DNA of 64,000 bases from Octopus sinensis. Its lineage: Eukaryota. Within the stretch, counting starts at the first letter, position 1; every line of letters starts with the position of its first letter. This document shows positions 12,580 through 25,383 of the stretch, piece by piece. A program made the translations under genes and the position numbers. The stretch lies in assembly GCF_006345805.1 (NCBI RefSeq), contig NC_042998.1:48174001-48238000 (forward strand), written 5' to 3'. Under the pieces are notes generated by a model, which was not told where the DNA came from, did not search any database, and worked only from the letters and a program-made list of their open reading frames with translations.

Positions 12580-14201
12580 AAATCCATTCTGTCTGTCTGT
12601 CTGTGTGTCTTCTAGGATCTCAAGCATCCTCCATCAGAATGTGCTCAAATTTGATATGTAGATACCAACGCTATCAGGGCGTGTATAAGAATTGAAAAAA
12701 TTGCAAAAATCGATTCAAGGTGAGAATGCGATCAATAAAGCCGTGGGAACGTGCATTTGTAAAATATATTCTTCTCACTGAATTATTGCAAACTGTAACA
12801 ATTATACGTAAAAAGCACCCACTACACTCATGGAGTGGTTGGTGTTAGGAAGGGCATCCAGCCGTAGAAACACTGCCAGATTTGACTGGGCCTGATGAAG
12901 CCTTCTGGCTTCACAGACCCCAGTCGAACCGTCCAACCCATGCTAGCATGGAAAACGGACGCTAAATGATGATGATGATGATGATTATATTATATGAATC
13001 TTGTCAAACAGTAAAATATGTTGTTAGTAAGATCATTCACTTATATCTCTTACTGATACATATTAACTCCTAACATCTGTAATCTCTGCATCACTCTCAA
13101 GCCCAGCCTTAACAAATTATAACCACCTTTGCACTTATCAGATTGTTTAACCCTTAAGTGAAAAATTAAATCTTATAGTTATACCCAGTAATAATAAAGA
13201 ACTTAAAGTACATAATGCTCAGGTGCACTATGACTCATCAGATAAAGTAGGAAAAAGTACATGAACAGTACATAGAATAATGCACAAGAAGTGAACAGTT
13301 AAGGGGTCATTAAAAAGATTTGCTATCGTCACCTCAACCCTACTCACTCACCCAGTCCAAACCTCTGTATTACATCACTGATTCTCACTCTACAGCAAAA
13401 CACATACATCTTTCCCTCTGTACCTTTAATCTCTTGACTAGCACAAAGCCCTACCTCCTCGATACTACTCCACCTCCCAGTGAAGGAGTTTTTGTCTTGC
13501 AAGGTACTTACTTGGAGACCTTGTTGGTGCTGATGCCATATAAAAAGCACTGGTGTTGGTGCCACGTAAAAAAGCACCCAATATACTCTGTAAAGTGGCC
13601 AGCATTAGGAAGGGCATCCAGCTGTGGGAACCATGCCAAAACAGACAATGAAACTTGGTGAAACTTGGTGAAGTGCATGGCCAGCTCCTATCAAACCATC
13701 CAACCCAAGTCAGCATGGAAAATGGATGGATGTATGATGATGATGATTTTTACATGTTAAGAATAGCATTTTGTTGTTGTTGTTGTCAATTTGGACATTT
13801 GCATAAAAGTTGTTGAAATCCATGTGTCCATAGTTAGCTATTCAACTGTGAAATGGATGTTAACCATTCAACTGTGAAGTGGGAGTGGCACCTATTTTCC
13901 AGTTAAACAGATTTAAGCAAGCAGAGTAATGTACCTTGCCTAGGGCCACAATACAAAGGGTGTAGTAATAGTCTTGTCTCAGCCTCTCTGCTTGATAGAT
14001 GTAGCTTAGAAATGCAGATTCACACATATACACACACCCAAACAATACATCGACTACACTTAATAAAGGTGCTGGTTTATCTCTGATTATCAAATGGTGT
14101 CTCCTCCTGTTACTACTCTTTGGCAGTTTGATTGTTACACGAGAAACTGAGAGAAAAAAATAAAGATAGATAGACAGACAGAAAGGTAAATAGACAAACA
14201 G

Positions 14202-14235
<34 letters not shown>

Positions 14236-14537
14236 ACACACATAAATGTGAAAGAGAGGACTTGGAAGGGAGAGACAGGGACTGGGTGGACTGATAGAGC
14301 TATGGCCAGCATTGAAGTGAAAGGTTTTATGAACATAGAAGTTGTGAATTGGTAGATACGCAGTCTACTATGCTGTGACTTGTTTGTCTAAACATCAAGT
14401 TAGACATTTATTGAGTCTGGATATCAATCACATCTCACCTCCATACCCTCACTGGAACCATTTGCAATAAATGCTAGCCTGTCAGATGTGCAGCAGCATT
14501 GGCCTTGACCAGCTGTTACATCATATATATATGCATG

Positions 14538-14570
<33 letters not shown>

Positions 14571-14699
14571 GCATAAATGTGTGTGTGTATGTATATATGT
14601 ATATATATTGGAGGGACATCTGTTACATGTCATGCACACTGCTAGGTACTTAGAAAATACAATGTGGAAGATAATTTTCTTTTATGCACAGACACAATA

Positions 14700-15330
14700 C
14701 TAGCTTTGGAAAGTGGAGGGTATAGAGAACAGAATTTACTTCAATATTTGATTAGCATTTATGAGTCCAGAAGTTTGAGAGAAAATATCATCTATTAACG
14801 GATCAATAAGACACTAGACTTTAGATGCTATAAAATATTCAATTTAGGTTTCATTGACTACATTAGAGTCTATTCTTAAAAAGCATTCTAACATCAACCC
14901 AAGATCACACATTTCTGAGAGAGCACAAGAGATGTGTATTATTTTGAAATCAAAAAGTCTGGCCTTTTCAAGGCATGTGCAAAGATCATTCAAATCTTGG
15001 AATGTGAATGAGTTTCAAGATCACTTTGATGATATGTACACCAAGTTTCAAGACATCTCATGCTATGAACGCAAGATCAAAGAGGAAATTTATGGACAAA
15101 ATTCCATCCATCTCCAATACTGTGGCTCTGTGCAGACTCAGTTTTGTAGCCCACTGCATTTGTACTGAACAATTAGTCTTTTCAGATGCAATATTTTGGA
15201 GATTTTCATATCCTAATAGAGGACAAAGACCCTTCAATTACACTAATGTTATGGGCAGACAGACATATGAAGTGGGATGGGTTGGAAGGACCTGCTGAAG
15301 TTAATGAAAGATACAATGTGAATTAAGGAC
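14700..15330 (+). pseudogene. Frameshifted RTE-like LINE reverse-transcriptase C-terminal relic
   Basis: Pieces SWNVNEFQDHFDDMYTK and KIPSISNTVALCRLSFVAHC...WRFSYPNRGQRP resemble RTE TWTLT...LDGxYTR and RRLRxAGHC...RGRP. Confidence 0.55.
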
Positions 15331-16796
15331 CTATTGAAGTTAATGGAAGACAGATTACTGGTTTTCATGCAACCATCTTGGCTGCTGTGCTTTGAAGAAG
15401 AATAAAAAGAAAGTCATTCTTGGAAAGATCAAACCCAGGAAGTTAAAATGAAAGCAAACAAATACCCCAAAGCATTTCATCTGACACCTTACCAATTCTG
15501 TTGTCCAGCAAACATTTAAAGAATATGATTTCCTTTGGCTAGTTAGTAGTCTTTTTAATTTTTTTAATGAAGATGTGTATAGTCAACTGGATAAAAAAAC
15601 AGAAGGCAATACAAACATTTGAGGAACTTGAACTTAGAATGTGAGAGAGGAAACAGAATATCTTGCACCACTGACATGTACCCTCAGAATCTTTCCTCAT
15701 TTTTCATTCTTTCTACAAAATCAATAAGAGTCTCATGGCCAGACTACAAACTCATTAGTCGAGTACAGTTGACAACTAGTTCCATTATGCGTTCATATAA
15801 TTAACCTGTATGTAGGAAAGATTTTGTGGTTTAGTTAAGCTTTCTTTTTCTCTCCAACTACCTGCATTAATAACTGCTTTGCAATTAGGTACTTGTCTCT
15901 TTCATAACACATAGCCCTGCTATCTTCATTTTCTTCTCAACAGCTTCTTATTTTGCACTTTCATCACACACTTTAGCATTACACATGTATTTGCTGTTTT
16001 GAATCTTCAGAAGTCCATATAAGCAGAAATCATCAACTTCAGATAACTGGAACAGTTAGCAGTAAATTTAAGGCAACACCTGTTTTAATACTCTTCAGTA
16101 CCTTTAGTGGTAACCACTCTGTTGCAAGTGTTTTCATCCAAGCTCTTGGTCATAAGGTTAGTTCTACCCTTCTCCCACAAATCACAGAAGCTTTGAAAAT
16201 AGTCAGGAGCATAGTTCATTCTCATTTGACCAATTCATTAACAAAAATCTCATTAAGATAAAGCAACACGAAGTGCACTAGAATAGCATACACTCATAAA
16301 TTAAGGGCCAATGAAAATGTCGATACCATATTCTTTTATACTTTTCCTATAGATATGTACAATTACTGTCAACATATTTGTTATTAGATTATGAGGTTCA
16401 TACCTTAACCAATTACTATCATTTCTCAGGAGAGAAGGAGACTTAAATTTATTCAAGCTTTGTCTCTTACAACTCTTGTCTATTTACTAGTATTTCCTAC
16501 ATTGATCCTGAAGAGAGACGATAGCCAAAACTAGTCCAAGTAGAATCTGAACTTAGCATCAAGATATCTGGAAACAAATACTATGAAGAATCAAGACTGA
16601 TTTTCTACTGCTTCCAACAACACCACCAAAAACAATACCAACAAGAGCACTCAGAGAGTACAAACCTCCACCAAAGCAACACTAATGTCCTCTCAACAAT
16701 TAGCTGGAGATGATTTTTTAAATGAGAATATCTGAAATAAACTCAACTGCTCTCACAAACGAGAATACTAAAAATGAACCCGACTGCTCTCAAAAA

Positions 16797-17161
16797 TCTT
16801 TATATATAAAAGTCAAGTTGTGTGTCTGTCTCCTATGATTTAGATTCCTAACCACTCCCACATTTTGCAGTGCAGTTTAACCAAAAGCGGGTATCTTATA
16901 GTCGTGATTCATATTGAGCCCTTCTGGGTATTAGCGCGCGTCAACGATGAGTCTACGATTTAAAAAAAAATTTACCATCATTTTTTTCCATTTTAATGTA
17001 TTTTTTTCGCTATTATATAAGGGAAGTAACTCTCTAAAAATGTCTACGATGAGTCAACGATTTAAAAAAAAAATTACCATCATTTTTTTTCCATTTTTTG
17101 GCTATAACTCTAAAAATGCTTATATAGTTACAAACCGAGCAACGCCGGGCGATACTGCTAG
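16797..17161 (+). mobile_element. Non-autonomous Helitron
   Basis: Inserted at A^T; begins TC, ends CTAG; subterminal hairpin CCGAGCAACGCCGGG; internal ~90-bp duplication. Confidence 0.8.
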
Positions 17162-17734
17162 TTAAATATAAAAAAAAAAACAGAAAAATAATCCAGAATC
17201 CTTGTCTAGTACCTGATTGATCGCAATGGTAATCATGGAATGTGAAGATGGCTGTAGAAAATTTAGTAACAGTAATAAATAGTTAGTCCTTATTTAATAC
17301 AAGCCAAAGTTAACAAATTCACCAATCAAAATAGTCTCAAAGGCGGAGGTAATAATAATAAGTTCTACTCTGGAAGTTTTAAATGAATAGCATGACACCA
17401 TTTGGTTTTCTCTTCCCTTAAATTCTGGACTTCCTTTAGTATTCCTGTTGTTTTAGATCAATGTATATATGTAAGTATACTGTAAAGAGCTAATATGTAT
17501 GTATAATATATAATATATATATTATAAAAACATGTTAATGTTATTTAATTTCTGAATGGTTTGGCTGCCATTTGTTTATGTAGTTTGATTTCTTTATCCA
17601 TCAGTTTCTACTAAGGTAGAGACGCGAGTAAAATAATAATGAAATGAAAATGAAACTTTGGAAATAGCCTAAAGGGAGATAATTGAGAAAGACTTGAAAG
17701 TCAACATAAGATCATAATCATGTAAAGTAAATAT

Positions 17735-17935
17735 AACAAATAATCCAGAATCCTTGTCTGGTACGAGATCAATCCCAAAATCTAATCGGTTCGCACCAGT
17801 CACGAGGCCAAACGTCCCTGAAAGTTTCATCCAAATCCATCCAGTAGTTCTTGAGATATCTTGTCCATGTACAAACACACAAACAAACATGACTGAAAAC
17901 AATACCTCTGCCTTCGCTAAGGCAGAGGTAATAAT
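17735..17935. mobile_element. Helentron/HINE-like non-autonomous element
   Basis: Terminal palindrome TACCTCTGCCTTCGCTAAGGCAGAGGTA; a partial second copy at ~17185-17350 shares AATAATCCAGAATCCTTGTCT and AAGGCGGAGGTAAT. Confidence 0.45.
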
Positions 17936-18599
17936 TAATACACATTGGTACTAGAAAAATATCAAAAAAACATCTCAAGAGATCATAGCAAAAGAACATT
18001 GACGTAATTTTGTGTGAACAGTGAAATTATCAAAGAACTCTGCAATTTAAAGTTAACTGTGTAATCTGCAAGTTACCATAGGATTACATTCTGTTGGTAA
18101 GTATTTCTTTATAAGCTGATGTTTTTGTATCATATTATGCAATGAATGAAACTGTAAGTAGACTACTAAGTACAGGGGTACAACATCTGTAAAAAGAATT
18201 CAAGGTTTGGTTTCTCTTCCCTGCTGGTTAAAACAGCATATCATGTTGTACAATTTTCACACCCAAATCCACAACTTGGTTTCAGTTTTGCTACAGATAT
18301 TGCAGGACTTTTCAATACCATTCTATAAAACAGAGCTTCCTGCCTATGTCAAATTACATTGAAACAATATCTACAACCACATAAAGCAAGGCAGAGTAGA
18401 TTCAAGGGAGATGACTGCAGACATATTTTGTTTCATTGCTAGTAAATATATGTTCATTCTTTATTCACATTCAAAGATTGCAAACCTACAGAGTAATCAA
18501 TAAATGTGAAAAGTTGGAAACTGTTAGCAACATAATTAATAGAGAGAATGTTAGCAGCATGTCTATTGGAGGTTATTAGAAGCATATCTAATGGTCAGG

Positions 18600-19560
18600 G
18601 AGAGCAACATGCCTAGTGTATTGATGTTAGCAACATGTGAGGGATATGTCTGGTATAGTTTATGGTGATGTAACAGTCAGTAAGTCTTGTGCATTTTTGC
18701 TGATAAAGGAATTTTGAATGTGAGGACAGTAGGTAGGTGGTTGAAATTGCACTGTTTTCATAATGAATGTGGCGACCTTCCAAAGATATGATGGATAGTG
18801 GTGATAAGAGTCCCCATTATGGCAAGATTTGTGGTGACATGCCAGTAAGTCCATGATGGGCGATGGAGGTAAAGAAGGTTCAGTGTCTATATTGAAGATA
18901 ATAATGAAGAATTAGAATACTTAGTGTGAAGGTTGGTGAGATTTAGTAGCATTCAGAGTATGCAAGATGATAGTAAAGCTGTCTGTTAAGACAGTATGGT
19001 AGTATTAGGTTGGGAATTGAGATTATGTGCAGCAAAGGCAGTACTTTGGAAAATAATGCAGTGTGTGTGTGTGTGCGTGGACACGTGCGCATGTGAATAT
19101 TTATTTTTTTCAATGGGTTGGATGAAGGAATATGCACATGGCCTCTGCTGCCCTTCCTAGGCTGATGAGAATTACAGTACTAATGTCCCTCTTGAACCTT
19201 TATAAGAGTGCCTGCAGGAAAGATATGAGCAGGAAGGGAATTCCAGAAGGCTGGTGTTCTGGAAAGGAAAGACTGGGCTTATAGATTATTGCAAGACCTG
19301 GGGTGTTGAACACAACAAGAATATTGGGAGGAAGAGTATCTGGATGGGGGTAATATGAACCTAGCCAGCTTTGAGAGGCAGAAGTCATTATATTAGCAGT
19401 AGACAAGATAGAAAAAAGGAGATAGTACAGCTGTGGACCAAGAGCTGGAGGGTCTGTGAATGACTTTATGTTAAACAAACAGATTACCCTTACCTGGATG
19501 CAGTCTGGAAAGTGCTCTGCAACTGAGCATTGTGAATAATTGATAATTGGTGAGGGCTGA
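18600..19560 (-). pseudogene. Degenerate L2/CR1-type LINE AP-endonuclease region
   Basis: ORF 19200..19577 contains ICLFNIKSF...SQSWL...DTLPP...TPGLAIIYKPSL, resembling APE motifs LNxRS, E[ST]WL and GVAIIYK. Confidence 0.55.
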
Positions 19561-19704
19561 AGAGAAGGACCAGTCATTGAGATGCAATCCTATCTATGTT
19601 AAGGATATGTTGCCTCTCAAATTACAGATGGACTTTCAATTTCTAGTCTTTCACTGAAATATTTCAGCTGAGTGAGTAAACTTAGTAGAGTCCTCCTAAA
19701 TACT

Positions 19705-20096
19705 GGATGGATGGAACCACTCCGTCGGATACGACGATGAGGGTTCCGGTTGATCTGAATCAACGAAACAGCCTGCTCGTGAAATTAACGTGTAAGTGGC
19801 TGAGCACTCCACAGACACGTGCACCCTTAAGGTAGTTCTCGGGGATATTCAGCGTGACACAGAAAGTGACAAGGCCGGCCCCTTGAAATACAGGTACAAC
19901 AGAAACAGGAAGTAAGAGTGAGAGAAAGTTGTGGTGAAAGAGTACAGCAGGGATCACCACCATCCCCTGCCGGAGCCTCGTGGAGCTTTTAGGTGTTTTC
20001 GCTCAATAAACACTCACAACGCCCGGTCTGGGAATCAAAACCGCGATCCTATGACCGCGAGTCCGCTGCCCTAACCACTGAGCCATTGCGCCTCCA
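19705..20096 (-). mobile_element. SINE family C, full length with 12-bp TSD
   Basis: TSD CTCCTAAATACT at 19693-19704 and 20097-20108; near-identical to 6710-7093. Confidence 0.9.
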
Positions 20097-21631
20097 CTCC
20101 TAAATACTACTACTCAACCAAATATGTTACCTTCTCTCTTAAATAAAGTCTGACAAGCTTGATTGCCAGCCACATGGTTTCAGGTTCAGTCCTACTGCAT
20201 AGCACCTTGGGCAAGTGTCTTCTACAGTAGCAAATGTCTTGTACTGTCCATTCATTTCCAATATTCCACAAAAACCTGGCCATATTACCTTGCTTCGAAA
20301 CAGGTAAGAGTTGGCAACAGGAAGGACATTTAGCTGTAGAAAATCTGCCTCAATAAAATCCTATCTGACCCATGACTAACATGCACATACACTTGCACAA
20401 TGAAAACAAAGCATTTCCCAAACTATCTTCCTCTATTCCACTTGTCACAACACTGTATATACATATTTACCAAATGCAAAATCCTATGCAATTACTTGAA
20501 ATCACTAACTGACCAGTTATTACAATGTCTCTTCCATTACCTACAAACAGTTTGCTCCTTAACTCATCAAATTCCTCAAATCATTTCTTCATAGGCATTT
20601 GTCTTAATCTATAAGAAACACATGACAAGGTTTAACATTTGTTAAGAATGTGAAACGATGTTATGGCATGTGGAGTAGAGAAAGATAGTTAGTGGGGTAT
20701 TTTCTTGAGTGCAGCCCGCAACTATGACCCCTCTAATTTGATTTAAATTCTAGATCTCACAATCTCTGATCTTTGAAGGCAGCCTCACAAATAGAATAAC
20801 GAACTGAGTGACACAATACTTGATTTAATACTCCAAGATTTAATACTTGATTTAATACTAATTTATATGTTCAAGATGTCATTTCAGTTTCAGTCCCATT
20901 GCACAGTACCTTGAGCAAGTGTCTTCTACTATAGCCCGAAGTAGACCAATGCCTTGTGAGTCAGATAGAAACTGCAGATAGCAACTGGTAGATAGAAATG
21001 GCATTGAAGACTATTATATATATATATATATATCTTATGTGGGCATGTGGCATGCTGCTTGACCACCAGTGTGGTTTGTTTCCATCACTATAACTTAATG
21101 ATCCAACAAAAGAGACTGACAGAATAAGTACCAGACTTAAAATAAGAACTGAGGTCTATTTAATAAAACCTTCAAGATAGTGCAATAGCATGGCCACAGT
21201 CCAATTACAGGAACAAGTAAGAGGTAAAAAATTTACTGACAATAGTAGTCAATTTTTTGATGACTAATTTTAGTATTATAAAGGGCAGGAGTGGAGAAAA
21301 TCCTGGAATTTTTATTACAAAGAATTAATTAGAGAATACAATGGAGAATAAGTCAGACCTTTAGTAATATAATGGAAACGGTGGACATGTTTCAGTCTAA
21401 CAGAACCTTATCAGTGAAGCATAGTGTAACTGTTACTGAGATGTTACACAATTAGAGAAATAGATAGGAATTCCATGAAAAAACAGAGAATGGTTTAAAT
21501 ATTAGAAAGAATGACAAGGAAAGAAGCACAAAAACATAACAGTAAAGTGGCTACCAGTATAAGTGATGTGGTAAAGCAAGAAACTTTTCAAAGGACTCAT
21601 ATATAATTAACTGTTATTCATAGAATATATA

Positions 21632-22193
21632 CGAGGAGGAGTCAAAAGGTAATGCTATTTTGTTTAGGACAGGTATAATTACCAATACAGGAACATGTAT
21701 CATACATCGAAATGCAGCTGGCCCTCTGTGGATCACATCCCCATTTCTCAACATAGTCACCGTTTTTCTCAATAGCAATGTTCCACTTTCGAATGAGAGC
21801 ATGTATCCCTGCCCCGTAAAATGCTGTTGACTGTTCTTTGAGCCACTTCTTCACTACAGTTTTCACTTCCTCGTCACTGGAATAATGCTTGCCTCTCAAA
21901 CTCTCTTTCATGGGGCCGAAGAGATGATAGTTCAGTGACGATGATAGTCCAGTGATGAGGAAGTGAAAACTGTAGTGAAGAAGTGGCTCAAAGAACAGTC
22001 AACAGAATTTTACGGAGCAGAGACACATGCTCTCATTCGAAGGTGGAACATTGCTATTGAGAGAAATGGTGACTATGTTGAGAAGTAGAGATGTGATTCA
22101 CAGAGGACCAGCTTCATTTTGATGTATGATACATGTTCCTGTGTTGGTAATTATACCTGTCCTAAACAGAACGGCATTTTTGACTCACCCTCG
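21632..22193. mobile_element. Mariner-derived fold-back element made of two inverted 3' ends
   Basis: TA flanks; TIRs CGAGGAGGAGTCAAAA / TTTTGACTCACCCTCG; the left arm encodes LFGPMKESLRGKHYSSDEEVKTVVKKWL...NGDYVEK (mariner C-terminus, minus strand) and the right arm is the same region on the plus strand. Confidence 0.85.
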
Positions 22194-22729
22194 TACTTTC
22201 AAAAACTTATTTTAAAAAAATATCTTCGATACAAACAAAATGTACAAGTCTGGTTATAATTTAATTAGGTGATAATTTAATATGATATTCAACAGGATTC
22301 TTAACTTAAAAAGAATATAAAATTTAATATAAGTAGAAGCCCAAATTTAGAAAAAGAAAAATAGTGCATGATATATTTAGAATGGAGTGACTACTAATAA
22401 AGAAAATGATTGGTTGAGTTTCTTTTTCCAAACAATTTTCTAATTTTATGGACATATAGAAAATGTGCTGTGAATAGAAAACATGATTTGCTTGATATTT
22501 TATCAAAAGTCAAATTTATCATGTTTTTTAAGGTACGTAGCCTAGCAAGTACAGCAATAAAAAAATTTCAGAAATCTAGATATAAAAGGGTGGTCTAAAA
22601 CTTGCAACATATAAATATATATTGGGAGTTTCAAATATATATATATGTACATTTCAACACGTGGAACCATAATTCCCAACATGTTTTTCTCTCTCTCTCT
22701 CTGTTATGTTAAACTGTTGTGTGTCTAAA

Positions 22730-23085
22730 TTTGGCCAAATGCATTTTTTCAATAGATAATTTTGTTTGCAATAGCCAGAACTTTTGGTCAAATTAGCATA
22801 TCTCCAGCTGCTTCAGATGAAAATTAACAAAGTGTAGTACAATGGTTGAGCATTTTTCAAAAGTGTAGTAAGCCCCACAAACAACAGTTTTGCAAAAATA
22901 TTTCTGGCTGAAAATATCATATATGCATGGAGTTAAGATTTTATGCACCCAACAAAGAATTATTGTTAAGCTGAAACTGTTGCTAATGTAAAAAGAAAAG
23001 GAATGGAGAAACTATTTTTTTGTTTTCTAAAAAAGCAAAGTTTTAGACTTATGACACTTTTGCATAATAGCAACAATATATATAT
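22730..23085 (+). repeat. Unclassified dispersed repeat, homologous to 60860-61085 (opposite strand)
   Basis: Shared blocks such as TTGCAATAGC, CCAGCTGCTTCAGATG and ACACTTTTGCATAATAGCAAC. Confidence 0.65.
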
Positions 23086-23237
23086 ATATATAAACATACA
23101 TTATCAATCAATATACGATAACATTTCACTTTGAGCTTAACTTGATGTGCAGTTTTAATATTTTCAAATTTAATTATACATTAGATAACACAATAAACAA
23201 AACGTTTGTGTTTTCATATAATAAAACAGTTACTTAC

Positions 23238-23396
23238 CACTGCTGAGCTTCTGGAATAATGTCATCAAATACAACATATATCATTGCACCAGCAGCAAAA
23301 GCCAGTGCATAAGGAAGTAATGGTTCAGCAATTGATACTGCCAGAACACCAAAGAGTCCAGCTAAGGGTTCTACCATACCGCTTAGCTGACCATAC
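23238..23396 (-). CDS. SLC39A11: ZIP11 internal coding exon ([13 protein letters not shown]...[18 protein letters not shown]), 159 nt, phase 2/2
   Basis: tttcatcatgcag|GTATGGTCAG...CAGTG|gtaagt; contains the conserved AAGAMxYVVxDDIIPEA. Confidence 0.97.
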
Positions 23397-25059
23397 CTGC
23401 ATGATGAAATACAATTAGAATGACATAATTAGCATTGTGGTTGTGAATGAAGACAATAAAGAGCATAATAGCATATCATTCCTTGATACACAATAGTTTA
23501 TAACAGTTGATTTCAACCCCACTTTCGACCATATGTGAATTACGAGTTTATCATGTGTGCAGACCTTATTTCAGCCAATCAGAAGTTATTGTTCACATGA
23601 CAGTCTGGCAGCAATCACTAGAACGTTCTATGAACAGAGACTACAAATACAGCATTTTTAGTGAGAAAAAAGTAGAGTAAGCTCAGACCCCAGTGAGTTC
23701 GGTTTGGGATGAAATTCTCTCTCAATCATAGCTGTTTTCACAGCTCTATACTCAAACCAGCATGATAGTACCAATAGCTGTTTTCACACCTCTATACTCA
23801 ACACAGAGACGGATGAAAAATCAACATGGCCACATGAATAGGCATCAATATGAAAAATCTGCCTAATTATTGAATTTCTGTTGAAGAACCTCAGCACCAG
23901 TAGAACACGATGTTCACACATAAGGTTGACTCTGTCTATACTGCATGAACGCCTTGTAATAACATAGCAATGAATGATATATATAAACTGACAAGTTTTC
24001 CATCACAACCATGCTACAATTTCATACAGCCATTGATGGGGTTTATTTTTTAATTAAAAAAGTGAGAGAGAAACCTTCCTCCTTAATTATGTAGATCGAT
24101 CATAGAGATAGGGGATAATGTTTTCAGTAGGTTCCCCAAGTTATTCTACTTCTAAAAGAAAGAAAATAAAATAGTTAAGCAGTATTCTGTTTATAGCATT
24201 TGTAAGCTTTCATTGAGAAGATTAATAAATGTATATATTATCTGTACTCTCTAACCTATCGATGTGCTGAATTTCTGAATGAATGATAACGTTGGCTCAA
24301 TTGACTAACAGTTAATAATAAAATCATTTGCACTTTATTAATCTATGATTCATTAAACAGTTTGCCAAGTGTCATCAATCGTTAACCCAGTGGATCTATT
24401 TCATAAACATTAATAATTTTTTATTCGTAAGTCATCAGTAAAATTATTTAACACTAATCATTGACTCACTAAATTATCATTCTGTTATTAATTAATATAT
24501 CACGAGCTATTTTATCAAATATAAACAATGTAAGAAAGGTAACTCCCAATGACTATTTATTACCTCCCTTGGGTAAAATATTCTGTTTTGATTTCAGTTT
24601 AAGGCAAAACGTATGAGAAAAAGAAATTTTCTAATTGACTCTATAATAGAATATTGATTGTTTTTTTGTTTACACAGGCATTGAGCCATAAATTCTATCT
24701 TAATTTTATCGATACCCAGAAGAATGAAAACCAATGCAGATCTCGGTGTGATTTGATTACGGTTCGTTGAGCGTCCATAACTAAATGCAGGTGTTACATT
24801 TTCTCCGCTGCTAGACGACCTTTGTCAATCCACCACCCTTGACTTCCGAATAAAATATTACTGATATTTATCGCTACCAATGAGATGAAAGACAAAGATT
24901 TTTTTTCCCCCGGCAGACTGTGAACTGAGAATGAAGTCGATTGAAACGAAATACTGCTTTTTTTTTATTACGTAATCCATCATCTCCGATGCTCAACTTC
25001 CGTAAACTACTGATCTCCCCTCATAAGTTGTAACATCAACATTAAAGAAGATGATTAAG

Positions 25060-25270
25060 GCGCAAAGCTGACAGAATCGTTAGCATGCCGGGCAAAATGC
25101 TTAGCGACATTTCATCAGTCCTTACATTCCGAGTTCAAATTCCGCCAAAGTCGACTTTGCCTTTCATCCTTTCAGGGTCGATAAAATAAGTACTAGTTGA
25201 GCAGTGGGGTCGATGTAACCGACTCAACCCCTCCCTCGAAATAGCTGGCCATGTAGCAAAAATTGAAATT
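25060..25270 (+). mobile_element. tRNA-derived SINE family D
   Basis: AAGGCG...GCTGACAGAATCGTTAGC head and GAGTTCAAATTCC B-box; approximate TSD ATTAAA..GATGATTA on both sides; further copies at 26560-26785(-), 37176-37390, 58660-58840 and 58885-59110(-). Confidence 0.8.
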
Positions 25271-25383
25271 ATCATTAAAAGAGATGATTATATTTCATTC
25301 AATAGAATGAAATAAATTACACTTACTTAATTTGATTAAATCTGAAACAATGAAAGTTGACAGTAGTATATTAACTGAGCTGG

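Noticed and set aside
16500-16545. Hammerhead-like CTGAAGA...AAAACTAGTC
   Set aside because: It lies in a diverged SINE-D-like copy; GAAA is absent and stems I and II do not pair.
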